From Chloroflexota bacterium (lineage in GTDB: Bacteria > Chloroflexota > UBA11872): 64,000 nt of DNA. Under the pieces are notes generated by a model, which searched no databases, had not been told where the DNA came from, and worked only from the letters and a program-made list of their open reading frames with translations. A program made the translations under genes and the position numbers. This document shows, in pieces, positions 62,301 to 64,000 of the stretch; position 1 is the first letter of the stretch; each line of letters begins with the position of its first letter. The DNA lies in assembly GCA_965247475.1 (NCBI GenBank), contig OZ252016.1, forward strand, positions 462,143-526,142, given 5' to 3'.

Positions 62301-63242
62301 CTAGACGGTGTAGAGCAATTCCTCGCCGCGCTCGAGACGTCCGACGTTGTCCGCGATGATGCTGCCCGTCCCGTTGAGAAACCGATCGCACGCGGACGCG
62401 GCGTGCGGCGTCGCCAGGACGTCGAAGTCGAACAGCGGATCGGTTGGATCCATCGGCTCGGTCCAGAAGACGTCTAACCCCACCGCCCACAGCCGCCCCG
62501 CCCTCAAGGTGTCCATCAGCGCCTGCTGATCCACCACCGGCCCGCGCGACACGTTCACCAGCACGCCGTCGTCCGGCATGGCGGCCAGCACCTCCGCGCC
62601 GATCAGCCCTTCGGTCGCGTCGTTCAGCGGCACCGCCGCAGCAACAAACGGGCAGTCCCGCACCGCATCGGTCAGGCGGTCGGCCGTGAACAGCTCGGTC
62701 AGCCCCAGTTCCGCCGCCAGCGCCGGGTCGGGTGTCCGCTTCACACCCACCACCTCGCAGCCGAACGGCTTCAGCAACCGGACGAGCGCCTTGCCGATGC
62801 CGCCCAATCCGATCACGCACACCCGCGATCCGTGCAGCGACCGCCCCCAGCTTGTCTCCATCGTCCCGGCGGCGATTGAGCGCGCCATCACCGGGTAGTT
62901 GCGCCCACCCCCGATCAGGTGGAACAGCGCGAACTCCGCCACTGCCTCACCTGCGCCGGACGCATGCGTCGGCGTGGTTGCGATCGGGATGCCGCGCCGC
63001 GCGGCCTCGTCCTGATCCACGTTGTCCACGCCCGCGCCCGCCTGCTGGATGAGCTGCAGTTCGGTCGCGGCCGCCAGCGCGTCTGCCTGTAGCGGCGCAC
63101 GGCCGGGGATCACCACCTGCACGCCCGCGATCGACTCGGCGACCGCCGACTCCGCGCAGGTGACGACCTCGTGCGCGGGCAGCGCCCGCCTGAACGCCTC
63201 GAGCGCCTCCGGCATGTAGTCGTTGCAGAGCAGAATCCGCAT
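62301..63242 (-). CDS. D-isomer-specific 2-hydroxyacid dehydrogenase family protein (paralogue of 41525-42475)
   Basis: GLGGIGKALV NAD motif and the shared VGVKRTPDPAL..ELGLTELFT block. Start at MRILLCNDY (63242). Confidence 0.85.
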   Translation of the reverse strand: MRILLCNDYMPEALEAFRRALPAHEVVTCAESAVAESIAGVQVVIPGRAPLQADALAAATELQLIQQAGAGVDNVDQDEAARRGIPIATTPTHASGAGEAVAEFALFHLIGGGRNYPVMARSIAAGTMETSWGRSLHGSRVCVIGLGGIGKALVRLLKPFGCEVVGVKRTPDPALAAELGLTELFTADRLTDAVRDCPFVAAAVPLNDATEGLIGAEVLAAMPDDGVLVNVSRGPVVDQQALMDTLRAGRLWAVGLDVFWTEPMDPTDPLFDFDVLATPHAASACDRFLNGTGSIIADNVGRLERGEELLYTV

Positions 63243-63361
63243 GGGCCTCTTCCGGTGCATGCGGCGCAGGGCGCCCAGTCTCGCATAGGCGCGCGGGCCG
63301 GCTGCGCGGGCGCGCCGGCTGCGGCATTATCGACCGACTTGCGAGCCGGAGGACCGCGCGT

Positions 63362-64000
63362 ATGGCTCCGCCCATGACGCACGTCGATGTGGTGTTGGAA
63401 GACGAGAGCGGCGGACTCGAGGCCCTCGTCACTCCCGGGACCAGCATCGAGCGCATCGCCGGCGGGCTGCTGTTCACCGAGGGACCCGTGTGGCGCGGCG
63501 ACCACCTGCTCTTCAGCGATATCCCCAACGACCGCACCTGCCGCTGGCGCGAGCTGCCCGAGGGGCCGGAGCTCACCACCTTCGCCACCCGCGTCGGTCG
63601 CACCAATGGCCTCTCACTCGGCGCCGACGGCGCCCTTATCGGCTGCGCGCACGAAGCCCGCGCTGTTCTGCGGTTTGACGAGGACGGCAGCGCGACGCCG
63701 ATCGCCACGCACTTCGACGGCAAGCGCCTCAACAGCCCCAACGACCTCGCGGCCCGCGCGAACGGCGACATCTACTTCACCGATCCTCCCTACGGGATCG
63801 TCGATCTCGGCTCCGAAGCGGGGGAGCTCGACTTCAACGGACTGTTCCTGCTGCGGCCCGACGGCTCGATCACCCTCGCCAGCGATCGCTTCATGCGTCC
63901 CAACGGCCTCGCCTTCTCGCCCGACCAGTCCGTGCTCTACGTCGGCGACTCGGGCGGACCCCGCGATGTCTGGGCGTTCGACGTTGCGGACGACGGATCG
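63362..64000 (+). CDS. SMP-30/gluconolactonase/LRE-like region protein (partial, runs off window end)
   Basis: Six-bladed propeller lactonase motifs (EGPVW, NGL, NDL..DG..YFTD, PNGLAFSPD). Confidence 0.75.
   Translation, partial: MAPPMTHVDVVLEDESGGLEALVTPGTSIERIAGGLLFTEGPVWRGDHLLFSDIPNDRTCRWRELPEGPELTTFATRVGRTNGLSLGADGALIGCAHEARAVLRFDEDGSATPIATHFDGKRLNSPNDLAARANGDIYFTDPPYGIVDLGSEAGELDFNGLFLLRPDGSITLASDRFMRPNGLAFSPDQSVLYVGDSGGPRDVWAFDVADDGS

Overview
High-GC (~68%) bacterial chromosomal segment. Frequent twin-arginine signals and REP/MITE-like intergenic repeats suggest Chloroflexota (Thermomicrobia-like) or Actinomycetota; the taxon cannot be fixed from sequence alone. It is metabolic/accessory DNA, mostly coding, with no rRNA, tRNA, CRISPR or prophage. 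Coding content: (i) a peptide-type ABC transporter (substrate-binding protein plus two permeases, no ATPase genes) and two sugar ABC systems; (ii) a putative glycan-utilisation operon on the minus strand (27.9-38.2 kb) with three glycoside-hydrolase-like proteins, two sugar permeases and no substrate-binding protein; (iii) a cyclic-amide cluster (RraA-like, creatininase, DUF917 plus hydantoinase-like pair, M20 peptidase, hydantoinase B); (iv) an oxidative catabolic cluster (aldo/keto reductase, short-chain dehydrogenases, two cupins, P450, luciferase-like monooxygenase, MmsA-type aldehyde dehydrogenase, O-methyltransferase, HpcH aldolase, 2-hydroxyacid dehydrogenase, SMP-30 lactonase); (v) one IS5-family insertion sequence. 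The most striking feature is an expanded family of six small secreted lipoproteins (~180-205 aa, lipobox, some with Tat motifs) of unknown function, with a shared core (LEGDDASSLRWRFAEKPDPF..EW..VD..LAFETD.LIGDPTTA.KVLEF...GE..FVLELVERDPA.R). Two are a near-identical recent duplication (4.3 and 6.4 kb). Three form a tandem array directly upstream of, and co-oriented with, the glycoside-hydrolase-like genes (36.1-38.2 kb); the middle copy is frameshifted. One more sits inside the same operon (33.4 kb). Intergenic DNA is crowded with at least three short repeat families, segmental duplications (lipoprotein unit; phytanoyl-CoA dioxygenase plus DCC-oxidoreductase unit with a pseudogenised copy), and the IS5 element inserted into a palindromic repeat. 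The ORF track uses alternative start codons, and many long Arg-rich ORFs are antisense artefacts of high GC; these were not called.
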